Assembly (NCBI GenBank): GCA_964411565.1
Contig: CAYPLB010000001.1
Location: forward strand, 106,839 to 170,838
Source of the DNA: Candidatus Woesearchaeota archaeon
GTDB taxonomy: Archaea; Nanobdellota; Nanobdellia; SCGC-AAA011-G17; GW2011-AR17
Direction of reading: 5' to 3'
Length of the DNA stretch: 64,000 nucleotides
Part shown: positions 37,362 to 47,025 of the stretch, piece by piece
Numbering within the stretch: position 1 is the first letter of the stretch
Layout of the letters: every line of letters begins with the position of its first letter
Notes under the pieces: generated by a model
The model's input: the letters and a program-made list of their open reading frames with translations, nothing else
The model's database searches: none
What the model was told of the DNA's origin: nothing
Program-made: the position numbers and the translations under genes

Positions 37362-38324
37362 ATGAAAAATTTTTATCTTAGAATATTGCATGTATTTATT
37401 TTATTGAGTTTACTTTTTGCAGTTTTTTGGAAAGTTGGTGTTGATAGTATTATTGAAGTTTTTGTAAATCTTAATCCAATATGGTTGATTCCTTTTGTTG
37501 TAATCTATTTATCAACAAAGTTGATGGCAACTTTGAATCTTGCACTTCTGTTTAAAGCAATAAAGAAAAAAGTTTCTTATTTGATGTTGTTGAAATTTTT
37601 GTTATTGACAAATGCTGTAACTTTATTTTTTCCTAGTAGAACCGGAGAATTGAGTTTGCCAATATTATTGAAGAAACATAAAAATTTTGATTATGGAGAA
37701 GTTTTGTCTGTACAATTAATAGATAAATTGATTACTTTTGTTTTTTTTGGTGGATTAGCTTTATTTGGTTTAATATTTTTGTTTGATTTATCTAATAACT
37801 ATTTGTATATTTTGATCTTTACCTTAGTTTTACTTGTTTGTGTTGGATTTGCTGCATGGTCGGATAAATTTAGATTTTATGTGAAAAAATATGTATTAAG
37901 GAAATATTCTAAATATTTTAGGAATTTTTCTTCAAGTTTTAAGTATGCTTTTAGGAATAGGAAAAAATATTTGATAGTTAATTTTTTTGTAACCTTATCT
38001 CTTTTAATTGTTACTTTTATGGGAGGAGTATTTTTATTCTTAACTTTTGGACAGGAAGTTTCTTTGTTGCATGTTGCAATGATACAAGCTGTTGTAACAA
38101 TGATAACTTTACTTCCTATTCCTTTTTCAGGTCTAGGTTTGAAAGAAATTTCTGGAATTTATATGTATGGAATTATTGGAGTTCCGTATGCTGTTTCAGT
38201 TAATTATTTTTTGTTTAACTTTTTGTTTAAGTATATATTTGGATCTGTTGTTTATGGGATATTTAATAAAGAATTCTTAGGGAAGAAAAGAAATCATGTT
38301 GTTTCCAGTGTTGAGGATAGTTGA
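37362..38324 (+). CDS. integral membrane protein, flippase-like (UPF0104/LPG-synthase TM-like)
   Basis: 320 aa with about 8 TM helices. Proteins of this type often accompany GT2 genes. Confidence 0.4.
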   Translation: MKNFYLRILHVFILLSLLFAVFWKVGVDSIIEVFVNLNPIWLIPFVVIYLSTKLMATLNLALLFKAIKKKVSYLMLLKFLLLTNAVTLFFPSRTGELSLPILLKKHKNFDYGEVLSVQLIDKLITFVFFGGLALFGLIFLFDLSNNYLYILIFTLVLLVCVGFAAWSDKFRFYVKKYVLRKYSKYFRNFSSSFKYAFRNRKKYLIVNFFVTLSLLIVTFMGGVFLFLTFGQEVSLLHVAMIQAVVTMITLLPIPFSGLGLKEISGIYMYGIIGVPYAVSVNYFLFNFLFKYIFGSVVYGIFNKEFLGKKRNHVVSSVEDS

Positions 38325-39137
38325 ACCTTTTTCTTGTAAAAATTTTAATCCTCTTTCAAAATCTTCTTTATTTTCAAAATAGTAAATATTTTTATCTTTT
38401 AGTTTGAATAAAAAGGAAGTTATATTTTTTTCAATTGTTGTTTCATCAATTTGTTTCTTTGCAAAATATTCTTCTGTTTCTTTGAAAGTTTTGATTGTTC
38501 CTGTGTCAAGCCAAGTGAAAACAACACCTTTTAGTTCTTTTTCAAGTAAAGCATTTGAACCATTTGAAACTTGAATCTCATCTTTTATTAGAGTCTTATT
38601 ATTTGTTAATGCACTCCAGAAAGTTTCATAGTCCTTTATTCCTAAAGCTCCAATATAAGCATGTTTGTTGTCACATTTTACTTTGTCATCAAGTCTTATT
38701 ATAATATTTTTTTCATCCATTTTTACAGAACAAAATCTTTCAACATCATCGATCTTAGAAATTCCCATCCAATTTATAATTGGTTTTGGTATTTCTTCTA
38801 ATACAATAGTATCAGCTGCTAAGTGAATAAATGGACATTGAAGGTGATTTTTACACATTAACATAGAGTAACCAGGACCTGAACCTATACCTTCAAATTT
38901 TTCAATATTAACAAAAGTGATTTTATGATCTGGATGTGCAAATTTAATGTATTCAATAAGTTTTTCTTTGAGATATCCTACAGCAATTACAATCTCAACA
39001 TCTTTTGGAAATTTTTCTATTAAATAAGATATTACTCCCTTGTTATTTATAGGAAGCATAGCTTTGTTCATTGTTGCAGCTAATTTTCCCATCCTAGTTC
39101 CTTTACCTGCTGCTAAGATACAAACTTTGTATTCCAT
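38277..39137 (-). CDS. nucleotidyltransferase, paralog of the N-terminal domain of the 30311..31972 protein
   Basis: 286 aa. MEYKVCILAAGKGTRMG...FPKDVEIVIAVGY...GSGPGYS is about 45% identical by eye to the other NTase over its full length. Confidence 0.75.
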   Translation of the reverse strand: MEYKVCILAAGKGTRMGKLAATMNKAMLPINNKGVISYLIEKFPKDVEIVIAVGYLKEKLIEYIKFAHPDHKITFVNIEKFEGIGSGPGYSMLMCKNHLQCPFIHLAADTIVLEEIPKPIINWMGISKIDDVERFCSVKMDEKNIIIRLDDKVKCDNKHAYIGALGIKDYETFWSALTNNKTLIKDEIQVSNGSNALLEKELKGVVFTWLDTGTIKTFKETEEYFAKKQIDETTIEKNITSFLFKLKDKNIYYFENKEDFERGLKFLQEKGSTILNTGNNMISFLP

Positions 39138-39210
39138 AAATCTCTAAAAATTGTGATCTATTTAAAATTTTTATGATTCTAAAGTTTTTTAAATAAATCT
39201 TTTTATCTTT

Positions 39211-40698
39211 TTGATAATGTCTAAAAGTTCACTAGATTGGATTGTAAGAGGAGCATTTTTTGTGTTTATAGGTTTGTTTTTCTCTAAATTGCTAAATTTT
39301 GCATTTAGAACTATTGTTGCAAGATGGTTAGGTCCAGTAGATTATGGTGTTTTGAGTTTAGGTATTGCTGTGTTTAGTATTGTTGGAATGGTTGCTTCTT
39401 TAGGTTTGGAACATGGTGTTGAAAGATACTTAGGATACTTTTATGGAAAGAAAAAAGAAATGAAGAATGTAATCTTTTCAGGTTTGAAGATAGCTTTTGT
39501 TTCAAGTATTATTTTTGCTGTGTTATTATTTGTATTTTCTAGTAATTTATCAAGTTTGATTAGTTCAAATGGTACATTAAGAAGTTTCTTACTAATATTA
39601 GCTTTGGTTTTACCTTTCTGGGTTATTACTGAGTTGTTTATGGCTGTGTTTAGAGGAACAAAGAAAATTGAAAACTATATTACTGTTAGGCAAATTGTTG
39701 AGCCAGGAGTAAAAGTTTTGTTGGCTGTAGCATTTTTATATTTTGGATATTCATTGTTTGGAGTTATGTGGGCTTATGTTTTGAGTTATTTTGTTAGTTT
39801 TTTTGTAGGAATGTTTTTTGTTTGGAAATTGATTTCAAAGTATAAAGATAAAAATTTAGGAAAATCTTTTGGAAAGAAATTGTTGACATTTTCTTGGCCA
39901 TTGTTGTTTATGGGGGCTTTGTTTACTTGTATGACTTGGATTGATACATTGATGATTGGATATTTTTTAACTGAAGATTTAGTAGGTGTATATAATGTTG
40001 CTATACCTTTAGCTGCTTTGTTAGTTATACCTATTAATTTGTTTAAGGGATTGTTTATTCCTGTAGTTAGTAAATTATATGCTGAGAAAAAGTTTAAGGA
40101 AATTAAAAAAGTATATAAGAAATTGTTGTGTTGGTTTGTAAGTTTAACTTTCCCACTGTTTATGTTTATGTTTTACTATACTGAAGAATTAATTGTATTT
40201 TTATTTGGTATGGATTATGTTGGAGCTTTGTGGCCAATGAGAATTTTGTTGTTAGGAACTATGATTGTTACTTTCTTTGGGGTTTTAGGATTATTGTATA
40301 ATAGTTTTGCTATGACCAAAATGAAATTATTAATTAGTTTTGTTGCTACAGTTATAGGTGTAGTGTTGAATATTGTTTTTATTCAAATTTATGGGATTAC
40401 AGGTGCAGCATTAGCAACTGCTTTGTCTTTGTTAGTGTTTAATATTTTGTTGTTTGTGCCTCTGTTTAGAAGATTTAGAATATCTCTTTTAGATTTTGAT
40501 TTGATAAAACAATATTTTAGAGTTTTAATTGTTGGAGTTTTGAGTTTCTTTGCTTTAGTTTGGATTTTTGGTAATGTAGAGAGATATATTCTTATTTTAT
40601 TTGCTTTAGTTTATGGTTTTGTTTATTTATTGTTCTTGTTTATTTTTGGTGGAATAAATAAAGAAGATGTGAAAAGTTTTAAAAGTTTTAGAAATTAA
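39211..40698 (+). CDS. MOP-superfamily polysaccharide/oligosaccharide flippase (Wzx-like)
   Basis: 495 aa with about 14 TM helices, typical of the polysaccharide biosynthesis protein family. Confidence 0.7.
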   Translation: MIMSKSSLDWIVRGAFFVFIGLFFSKLLNFAFRTIVARWLGPVDYGVLSLGIAVFSIVGMVASLGLEHGVERYLGYFYGKKKEMKNVIFSGLKIAFVSSIIFAVLLFVFSSNLSSLISSNGTLRSFLLILALVLPFWVITELFMAVFRGTKKIENYITVRQIVEPGVKVLLAVAFLYFGYSLFGVMWAYVLSYFVSFFVGMFFVWKLISKYKDKNLGKSFGKKLLTFSWPLLFMGALFTCMTWIDTLMIGYFLTEDLVGVYNVAIPLAALLVIPINLFKGLFIPVVSKLYAEKKFKEIKKVYKKLLCWFVSLTFPLFMFMFYYTEELIVFLFGMDYVGALWPMRILLLGTMIVTFFGVLGLLYNSFAMTKMKLLISFVATVIGVVLNIVFIQIYGITGAALATALSLLVFNILLFVPLFRRFRISLLDFDLIKQYFRVLIVGVLSFFALVWIFGNVERYILILFALVYGFVYLLFLFIFGGINKEDVKSFKSFRN

Positions 40699-41411
40699 GT
40701 TAAAAATACTTGTTTTGATATGTCTTCTTTTTTTAGGAATACATGTATTGTTTTTGCAATCCAGTATATATTGTAAGAGAATGCATAGAATAAAATGTAG
40801 TACTCTGGAATTCCAATTAATATAGAGATAAATAACATTTCAATTGAATAATCGATAAGCATTATTTTTCTTGATATTGAGTAAATATTGTGTAGTTTTC
40901 CTTGTTTTTTTGGTTTATCATCAGTAATTTTCTTTTGGTAAATGAACATCTCTTTTAATGGGATTAATTCTTTCATGATAAATCCAATTAGGAAAAAACT
41001 CATAGCTATAATTATCCAAGTTTTACCTGTGTTTAGAAAATATGAAATAGCTAAGAAAGTTTGTGGTAAAATTGCCATGGACCATGATCCAATGAAATCT
41101 ATAATTGCTCCTTTCTTACTGAATTGTTTTTTGTATCTAGCTAATGAACCATCTACCATGTCTAATTGTAAACAAAGTAAAATAATTGCACTTGCGATTA
41201 TGTGTACTGAAAAGTTGTAGATCAAGAAAAAAGGTGATGTAATTAAAACTAGTAAAACCCAAAACATTGTTAATTGGTTTGGAGTTATTTTAGTGTGAAG
41301 TAAAGTCCAAAGAAAATAAGGAGAGAAAATTCTAAGATGAGTTTCTGTTTTTCTGTTTTTGAATTTCCAAGCGAACTTATTTAATTCTTTTATTGATGGA
41401 ACTTTTTTCAT
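40695..41411 (-). CDS. CDP-alcohol phosphatidyltransferase family protein
   Basis: 238 aa and multi-TM. DMVDGSLARYKKQFSKKGAIIDFIG is the D-G-x2-A-R-x8-G-x3-D signature (the last Asp position is degenerate). Confidence 0.7.
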   Translation of the reverse strand: MKKVPSIKELNKFAWKFKNRKTETHLRIFSPYFLWTLLHTKITPNQLTMFWVLLVLITSPFFLIYNFSVHIIASAIILLCLQLDMVDGSLARYKKQFSKKGAIIDFIGSWSMAILPQTFLAISYFLNTGKTWIIIAMSFFLIGFIMKELIPLKEMFIYQKKITDDKPKKQGKLHNIYSISRKIMLIDYSIEMLFISILIGIPEYYILFYAFSYNIYWIAKTIHVFLKKEDISKQVFLT

Positions 41412-42136
41412 TTTTTTCTTGCTATGAATACAAACTCTTGAGGAGTGATTGGTGGATATCTTTCGAATTCTCTGATTAATGCCATTGCTATTGGGTCTAA
41501 GTTTAAGTAATATAATCTTGAAGCATTTACTTGCAAATTGTAGTGATTGATAACTGTGTCAACTTCAATTATTTCAAAACCAGCTTCCTCTAATTCTTGA
41601 ATGAATTCTTTTTCTTTTATTTTATAATCTACAACATCAATCTTTTCGTTACTTTGTTTTATTGATCTATCTATGAAATTTTTGTTTGCCATGTCTGTAA
41701 TGAAAATTGAATTGTCATTTAAGTGAGAATGTACATTTGCTAAAAGCTTTTTTCTGTCTTCTTTGTCAAAATGTCTGAAAAATCTGAATGAATAAATTAA
41801 ATCATATTTATTCTTTAACTTTAAATTAAATGCATCACCTTGAATAAATTTCCAGTTTTTGCCTTTTAGTCTTTTTTTTGCAACATTTAACATATTTTTT
41901 GCATTGTCAAAAGCAGTTCCATTTTTTGCATTAATATCCACAGTTAATCTTGCTGGTCCACAAGCCAAATCTAAAACATTTTCTGCATTGTATTTTTTAA
42001 TATAAGAATTTACTATAGAAGTTTCTCTTTCATGTAAAAATCTGCCTAATGGTTTTGAGAATCTGTTTTTAACATAACCTTTGATTAAGCCTTCTGAATC
42101 ATAATGATCTTTTATATCATTCTTTTCTTTTAACAT
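41408..42136 (-). CDS. class I SAM-dependent methyltransferase
   Basis: 242 aa with VLDLACGPARLT (motif I). It overlaps the downstream gene by 4 nt. Confidence 0.75.
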   Translation of the reverse strand: MLKEKNDIKDHYDSEGLIKGYVKNRFSKPLGRFLHERETSIVNSYIKKYNAENVLDLACGPARLTVDINAKNGTAFDNAKNMLNVAKKRLKGKNWKFIQGDAFNLKLKNKYDLIYSFRFFRHFDKEDRKKLLANVHSHLNDNSIFITDMANKNFIDRSIKQSNEKIDVVDYKIKEKEFIQELEEAGFEIIEVDTVINHYNLQVNASRLYYLNLDPIAMALIREFERYPPITPQEFVFIARKK

Positions 42137-42184
42137 TTAGACTATTTTCTTAAAGATTATTTATAAATTTTTGGGATCTATAGT

Positions 42185-42487
42185 TTAAAAAGTTCTAATC
42201 TCAATTTTGTGAGAAAAAGTTTTTTCGTAATTATCTGCAAACCTTTCTAGTTGAGGAATAATGTCTTTATCTAATACTTTTATTATTAAACCTTCTTGTG
42301 GTACTATTGAGGGGGACCTCATTTCATCATCTTTACTTGGAAAATGTAATGTTGCTTGATATTTTTCTCTGTCTGTGCTAATAACATGAGAATAACAGTC
42401 AGGTAAAGTTCCATGAATATCATCACAATATGGGTGAGTATAATGTATTAATTCTTCATTTTCAAGTAATTTATTTATTGTTGACAT
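42185..42487 (-). CDS. small hypothetical protein (100 aa)
   Basis: It has no motif and is His/Cys-containing (HYTHPYCDDIHGTLPDCYSH). It is the first gene of the minus-strand MTase/CDP-OH transferase transcription unit. Confidence 0.4.
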   Translation of the reverse strand: MSTINKLLENEELIHYTHPYCDDIHGTLPDCYSHVISTDREKYQATLHFPSKDDEMRSPSIVPQEGLIIKVLDKDIIPQLERFADNYEKTFSHKIEIRTF

Positions 42488-42594
42488 AATAATGTTTTTT
42501 TTGAGGTTTTTATAAACCTTTTGGATTTTTTTTTATAAATATAATTGAAGAATAATAAAATTTATATAGATCTAATTAAGGAATTTAGAAGGTT

Positions 42595-43896
42595 ATGAAG
42601 ATAAGTTTAGTGTTTGCAAGGATGAAATATAAAACTGGAGATCCTCCAGGAGGTTTGGCATTACTAGCAGCACAATTAAGAAATAATGGTTATTCTGTTG
42701 ATTTGGTAGATTCTACTTTTAATCCTACAATGGAATTTATTAAGAAAAGAATTGATGATTTTGATGCAGATTATGTTGCAGTATATTGTGATTCATTAAT
42801 GTTGAATGATGTTAAAGAAATTGCAAAATATTCAAAGTCTAAAGGGAAAAAAGTTATTATTGGTGGGCCACAAGCTACACTTAGACCTGAGACTTTAACA
42901 GAATTTTCTGATTATGTTGTAAAGGGTGAAGCTGAATTAGCTATGTTGGATATTTTGAAAGGCAAAGCTAAAGAAAAAATTTTAGAAGGAGAAAAAGCAG
43001 ATTTAGAAAATTTGCCTATTATGGCTTATGATCTTTTAGATATGGAAGAATATATCAAACTTTGGCATGTTTTTGATAGTATTGATCCAACTGTTAGAGG
43101 AACAAATATGTTTTCTTCAAGAGGATGTCCTTTTAGATGTACATTTTGTCAGCCTGTTCTTGAAAAGATTTTTGGTAAAGGAGTAAGAACAAGGACTGTT
43201 GATAGTGTAATTGAAGAAATGAAATATTTGAAGAATAATTTTGGTATTAATGCAATATGGTTCAATGATGATACTTTTACAGTTAGGAAAGAATGGATAA
43301 AAGAATTTTGTGAAAGAATTGTTGATGAAGAGTTAGAAATGCAGTGGGGAATTAATTCTAGAATAGGTTTATTAAATGAAGATGAAATGAGAATGATGTA
43401 TGCTGCTGGTTTGAGAATAATGCATGTTGGTGTAGAAACTGGATGTCAAAGAGTTGCTGATGAAATTTATAATAAGGATATTGATCTTTCTAAAGTTCAT
43501 GGGGATGTAGCTATGGCTGAGAAAGTTGGAATAAGATGTCTTTGTTATTTTATGCTTGGAGCTCCAGGAGAAACTAAAGAAGAAATTTTACAGACAATTA
43601 AATTTGCTAAGTCTTTAGATGCTACAGAAATTACTGCTACAATAACAACCCCATTACCTGAAACTCATATGTATGAAAGAATGAAAGATAAGTATAAGTT
43701 GACAGAAGATTATGATTATTATAAAAATAGAATTTTTGAAGATGATAGTATCTCATTTTCAGAATTGAAATTTTTACAAAAAAGGTTGTTATTTGAATTT
43801 TATACGCATCCTAAGAGATGGAATTATGTTGCAAAACATTTAACTTCTGTTCAAGGATTGCATAAAATGTATTTGAAAGTTATGAGGTTTATGTAA
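42595..43896 (+). CDS. B12-binding radical SAM enzyme (class B rSAM)
   Basis: 433 aa. An N-terminal B12-binding-like domain is followed by SRGCPFRCTFC. It is a paralog of 35779..37146. Confidence 0.8.
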   Translation: MKISLVFARMKYKTGDPPGGLALLAAQLRNNGYSVDLVDSTFNPTMEFIKKRIDDFDADYVAVYCDSLMLNDVKEIAKYSKSKGKKVIIGGPQATLRPETLTEFSDYVVKGEAELAMLDILKGKAKEKILEGEKADLENLPIMAYDLLDMEEYIKLWHVFDSIDPTVRGTNMFSSRGCPFRCTFCQPVLEKIFGKGVRTRTVDSVIEEMKYLKNNFGINAIWFNDDTFTVRKEWIKEFCERIVDEELEMQWGINSRIGLLNEDEMRMMYAAGLRIMHVGVETGCQRVADEIYNKDIDLSKVHGDVAMAEKVGIRCLCYFMLGAPGETKEEILQTIKFAKSLDATEITATITTPLPETHMYERMKDKYKLTEDYDYYKNRIFEDDSISFSELKFLQKRLLFEFYTHPKRWNYVAKHLTSVQGLHKMYLKVMRFM

Positions 43897-43897
43897 A

Positions 43898-44275
43898 ATG
43901 GTAAAAATATATGTAGCACATTCAAAGAAGTTGAATTTTTTTGAGGAATTATATATTCCTTTAAGACATAGTGTATTAAATCTTGAGCATGATATAACTC
44001 TACCACATGAAAAAAGTGATGCTCTTTATAGTTCAAAAGATTTTTTTAGAAATGATTGTGATCTATTGGTTGTTGAAGCTTCATATCCTACAATTGGTGC
44101 TGGTATTGAAGCAGGATGGGCTGATGCTTATGATGTTCCAATTATTGTTATGCATAAAGAAGGAATGAAGTTATCAAAATCTATTGCTTCAATGGGGGAT
44201 GTAATAAAATATAATTCTTTGGATGATATGATCTCAAAACTTTCTGAAGCTGTGAATGAGAAAATTAGTTCTTAG
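43898..44275 (+). CDS. small protein, nucleoside 2-deoxyribosyltransferase-like fold (tentative)
   Basis: 125 aa. The pattern LLVVEASYPTIGAGIEAGWADAYDVPIIV resembles NDT/YtoQ-like Rossmann proteins. It starts 2 nt after the rSAM stop. Confidence 0.4.
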   Translation: MVKIYVAHSKKLNFFEELYIPLRHSVLNLEHDITLPHEKSDALYSSKDFFRNDCDLLVVEASYPTIGAGIEAGWADAYDVPIIVMHKEGMKLSKSIASMGDVIKYNSLDDMISKLSEAVNEKISS

Positions 44276-44314
44276 ATCATAAATCTTAAAAAAGGATTAT
44301 ATTATTTCTGGATT

Positions 44315-45886
44315 ATGAAATTTATTAAAGATAATCTTAGTTTGATTTTAATATTATTATTAGGTTTCTTTTTAAGATTATTTTTAATGTTTACAATTGG
44401 GTATAGAGATATGGCTTCTGATGCTTTGGGTTATGTAATGATAGCTAAAGCTTTATTTCAAGAAGGATTTTTGATAGAACAAGCTTTATTTTTCCCACCA
44501 GGATATCCATTGTTTATTGGAGTTTTTAATTGGTTTATTGAAGATGCTTTGATTGCAGCAAGATTTGTGTCAGTAGTTTTTGGAACTTTGACAGTGTTTG
44601 TTTCTTATAAAATTGGAAAAGAAATGTCAAATAAATCTGGTGGATTGTTTGCAGCTTTAGCAATGGCTATTTATCCCGGAATTGTTCAAGCTGGTGCTCT
44701 TGCAATGAGTGAAGCATTGTTTATTTTCTTTATGTTTTTGGCAGTTTATTCTTCAATAAAAATTTTGAGAGATATTAGTTGGTTATATATTGTAATGTTA
44801 GGTGCTTCAATTGCTTTTACATATTTGATTAGACCTGAAGGAATATTTTTGTTTCCTTTACCTTGCTTTGTAATATTTTGGAATTGTAAAAATTTTATGT
44901 TTAAGAATGCAAGTAAAGTTCTTGTTGTGTTTTTAGTTTTTGTTTTGATTACAAGTCCTTATTTTTATTATGTTTTTTTGGAGACTGGAGACTTTTCTAT
45001 TAGTGGGAAAGGTGGATGGAATTTGTTAAAGGGAGAGATTGTAACAGGTCCTGAAGAAGAATGGAGAATTGAATATCTTTCTTTGAATGAAGATAAAACT
45101 TTAACTTTGCTTGAAGAAATTTCTTTTGAAATATCGACATTAGATTATATTCTTGAAAATCCAGGAGATATGTTTGATCGGTATGTAATACAGTTTATTG
45201 AAGTAGTAAGGTTATTATTTTATTTGATAGTACCTGTGTTATTTGCTTTGATCTTTTTCTTTTTGAATAAGTATAAAGATGTAGGTTTGATGTATATGCT
45301 TTTAGCTTATGTTATTATGTTGATTTTTATTTATCCTCTTTATACAATTCATCCTAGATATTTGTTTATTTTAGCAGCTCCTTTAGTTTTGGTGTCAAGT
45401 TTAGGTTTTGCTAAAGCTAGGAGAACTGTGAAAAAGTATTATGATAAATATGATTTGGCTAATAATATTAAAAGCATTTTAGTTTTTATTTTAATTTTAT
45501 TTTCATTCTTGTATCTTGTTTCTTTAGCTTATGATTTACCTTATTATGTTTCTTATGGTCAAGGAGATGTGCCTGAAGTTTATTCTGATGCTGCTGATGT
45601 GATTCTTTCTTATGAGGAAACTGAAAGATTGAATATCATGGCTGCAACTTCTTATATTAGTTACTTTTCTGATTCTAATATGGTTAATTTTCCGTATGCA
45701 AATGTTGAAGACTTTTTGGAGTATGCAGAGAATAGAGAAGTTGATTATATTGTTATTGAAGAAAGTTCACAAGGTAATTGGGATGTATATGAAGATTATA
45801 CAAATCTAGATGATTATGATTATATAGAATTAATATTTGAAGATGATTCAACAGGAAGTCTAATTCAAGTCTTTAAGGTTGATTGA
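44315..45886 (+). CDS. polytopic membrane glycosyltransferase, GT-C fold (ArnT/PMT-like)
   Basis: 523 aa. FFLRLFLMFTIGYRDMASDALGYVMIAKAL is the typical N-terminal region of ArnT/GT83/GT39 proteins, followed by multiple TM helices and a C-terminal soluble domain. Confidence 0.65.
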   Translation: MKFIKDNLSLILILLLGFFLRLFLMFTIGYRDMASDALGYVMIAKALFQEGFLIEQALFFPPGYPLFIGVFNWFIEDALIAARFVSVVFGTLTVFVSYKIGKEMSNKSGGLFAALAMAIYPGIVQAGALAMSEALFIFFMFLAVYSSIKILRDISWLYIVMLGASIAFTYLIRPEGIFLFPLPCFVIFWNCKNFMFKNASKVLVVFLVFVLITSPYFYYVFLETGDFSISGKGGWNLLKGEIVTGPEEEWRIEYLSLNEDKTLTLLEEISFEISTLDYILENPGDMFDRYVIQFIEVVRLLFYLIVPVLFALIFFFLNKYKDVGLMYMLLAYVIMLIFIYPLYTIHPRYLFILAAPLVLVSSLGFAKARRTVKKYYDKYDLANNIKSILVFILILFSFLYLVSLAYDLPYYVSYGQGDVPEVYSDAADVILSYEETERLNIMAATSYISYFSDSNMVNFPYANVEDFLEYAENREVDYIVIEESSQGNWDVYEDYTNLDDYDYIELIFEDDSTGSLIQVFKVD

Positions 45887-46598
45887 CTTTATATTTTCCT
45901 AGAAAATTATTGTATCTAACTTTTAGTAATTCTTTGAACATGCTATAACCATCTTTTATTGGATGTAATGTACTTCCTTCTTGGTCAACCCATTGTACAG
46001 GAACTTCTTTTATTTTATATCTCATTTTTTTTGCTAAGAATAAAAGTTCTACATCAAAACCAAAACGATCTATTGTTTGGTGTTTTATGATGTTTTGAAT
46101 AACATCAGTTTTGAACAATTTGAAACCACATTGTGTGTCACTAATTCCTCTAACTGCAATAACTCGTACCATTAAAGGAAAAGTTTTTCCCATGATCTGT
46201 CTGTAGAAAGGTTGATTAACAATTATTTCTGAATCTTCTAAAGTTCTTGATGCAATTACAATATCATTATCATTTATGTTTTCAAGTAAAATATCCAGTT
46301 CATCAATTGGAGTTGCTAAGTCACTGTCAGTGAAAAGAACATAGTCATATTTTGCATTCATAATTCCATTTTTTACAGAGAAACCTTTTCCTCTGTTAAT
46401 TTTGTTTTCTATGACTCTTAAATTTGTTTTATCTTTGAATTGATTTGCAACTTCTGTAGTTTTATCTTTTGATCCATCATTAACTACAATGATTTCATAG
46501 TTTAAATTTAAGGAATCTAAATAAGGTATAATCTTCTCTAGTGACCCTCCAAGTCTTTTCTCCTCATTGTATGCAGGAATTACAATAGATAAATCCAT
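45873..46598 (-). CDS. GT2 dolichyl-phosphate-sugar synthase-like glycosyltransferase (DPM1-like, soluble form)
   Basis: 241 aa. LSIVIPAYNEEKRL, VVNDGSKDKT and TDSDLATP (DxD) support the call. Confidence 0.85.
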   Translation of the reverse strand: MDLSIVIPAYNEEKRLGGSLEKIIPYLDSLNLNYEIIVVNDGSKDKTTEVANQFKDKTNLRVIENKINRGKGFSVKNGIMNAKYDYVLFTDSDLATPIDELDILLENINDNDIVIASRTLEDSEIIVNQPFYRQIMGKTFPLMVRVIAVRGISDTQCGFKLFKTDVIQNIIKHQTIDRFGFDVELLFLAKKMRYKIKEVPVQWVDQEGSTLHPIKDGYSMFKELLKVRYNNFLGKYKVNQP

Positions 46599-46666
46599 TA
46601 AATTTGGTTAAAAAAACTGGGTTTATAAGGATTTTGTAATAAAAGTAAAGCTTTTTAAGTTGATAT

Positions 46667-46990
46667 TTGTTTAATTTTTTGATGGTAGAAGAAGTTCAAG
46701 GAAGTTTTGATAAGTATAAGGATTGTGAGTTAGATGGTAAAGGATATTTTTTGATAAAGATTTATTCTGATGAAGATAAAATTGGGATTAGGTTTTGTGA
46801 AATGGAAACAAATAAACCTGTTATTGATATTTTTGGAAAAATTCCTCAAGAGTTATATACTGAAGCTATTAAAAGAGATTTAATATCTAGTTTGGAACAT
46901 GCAGCTTATTTAGGTAAAGAATTAATGAAAGCTTATGTTTGTTTGAAATTAAAAAGAGAATATATCCAAGATGAGGATAATTTTCTTTAG
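46667..46990 (+). CDS. small hypothetical protein (107 aa)
   Basis: No motif found. Confidence 0.4.
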   Translation: MFNFLMVEEVQGSFDKYKDCELDGKGYFLIKIYSDEDKIGIRFCEMETNKPVIDIFGKIPQELYTEAIKRDLISSLEHAAYLGKELMKAYVCLKLKREYIQDEDNFL

Positions 46991-47025
46991 AAAGTTTTAT
47001 AAGTTTCTTTTATATGATTTAGTTT

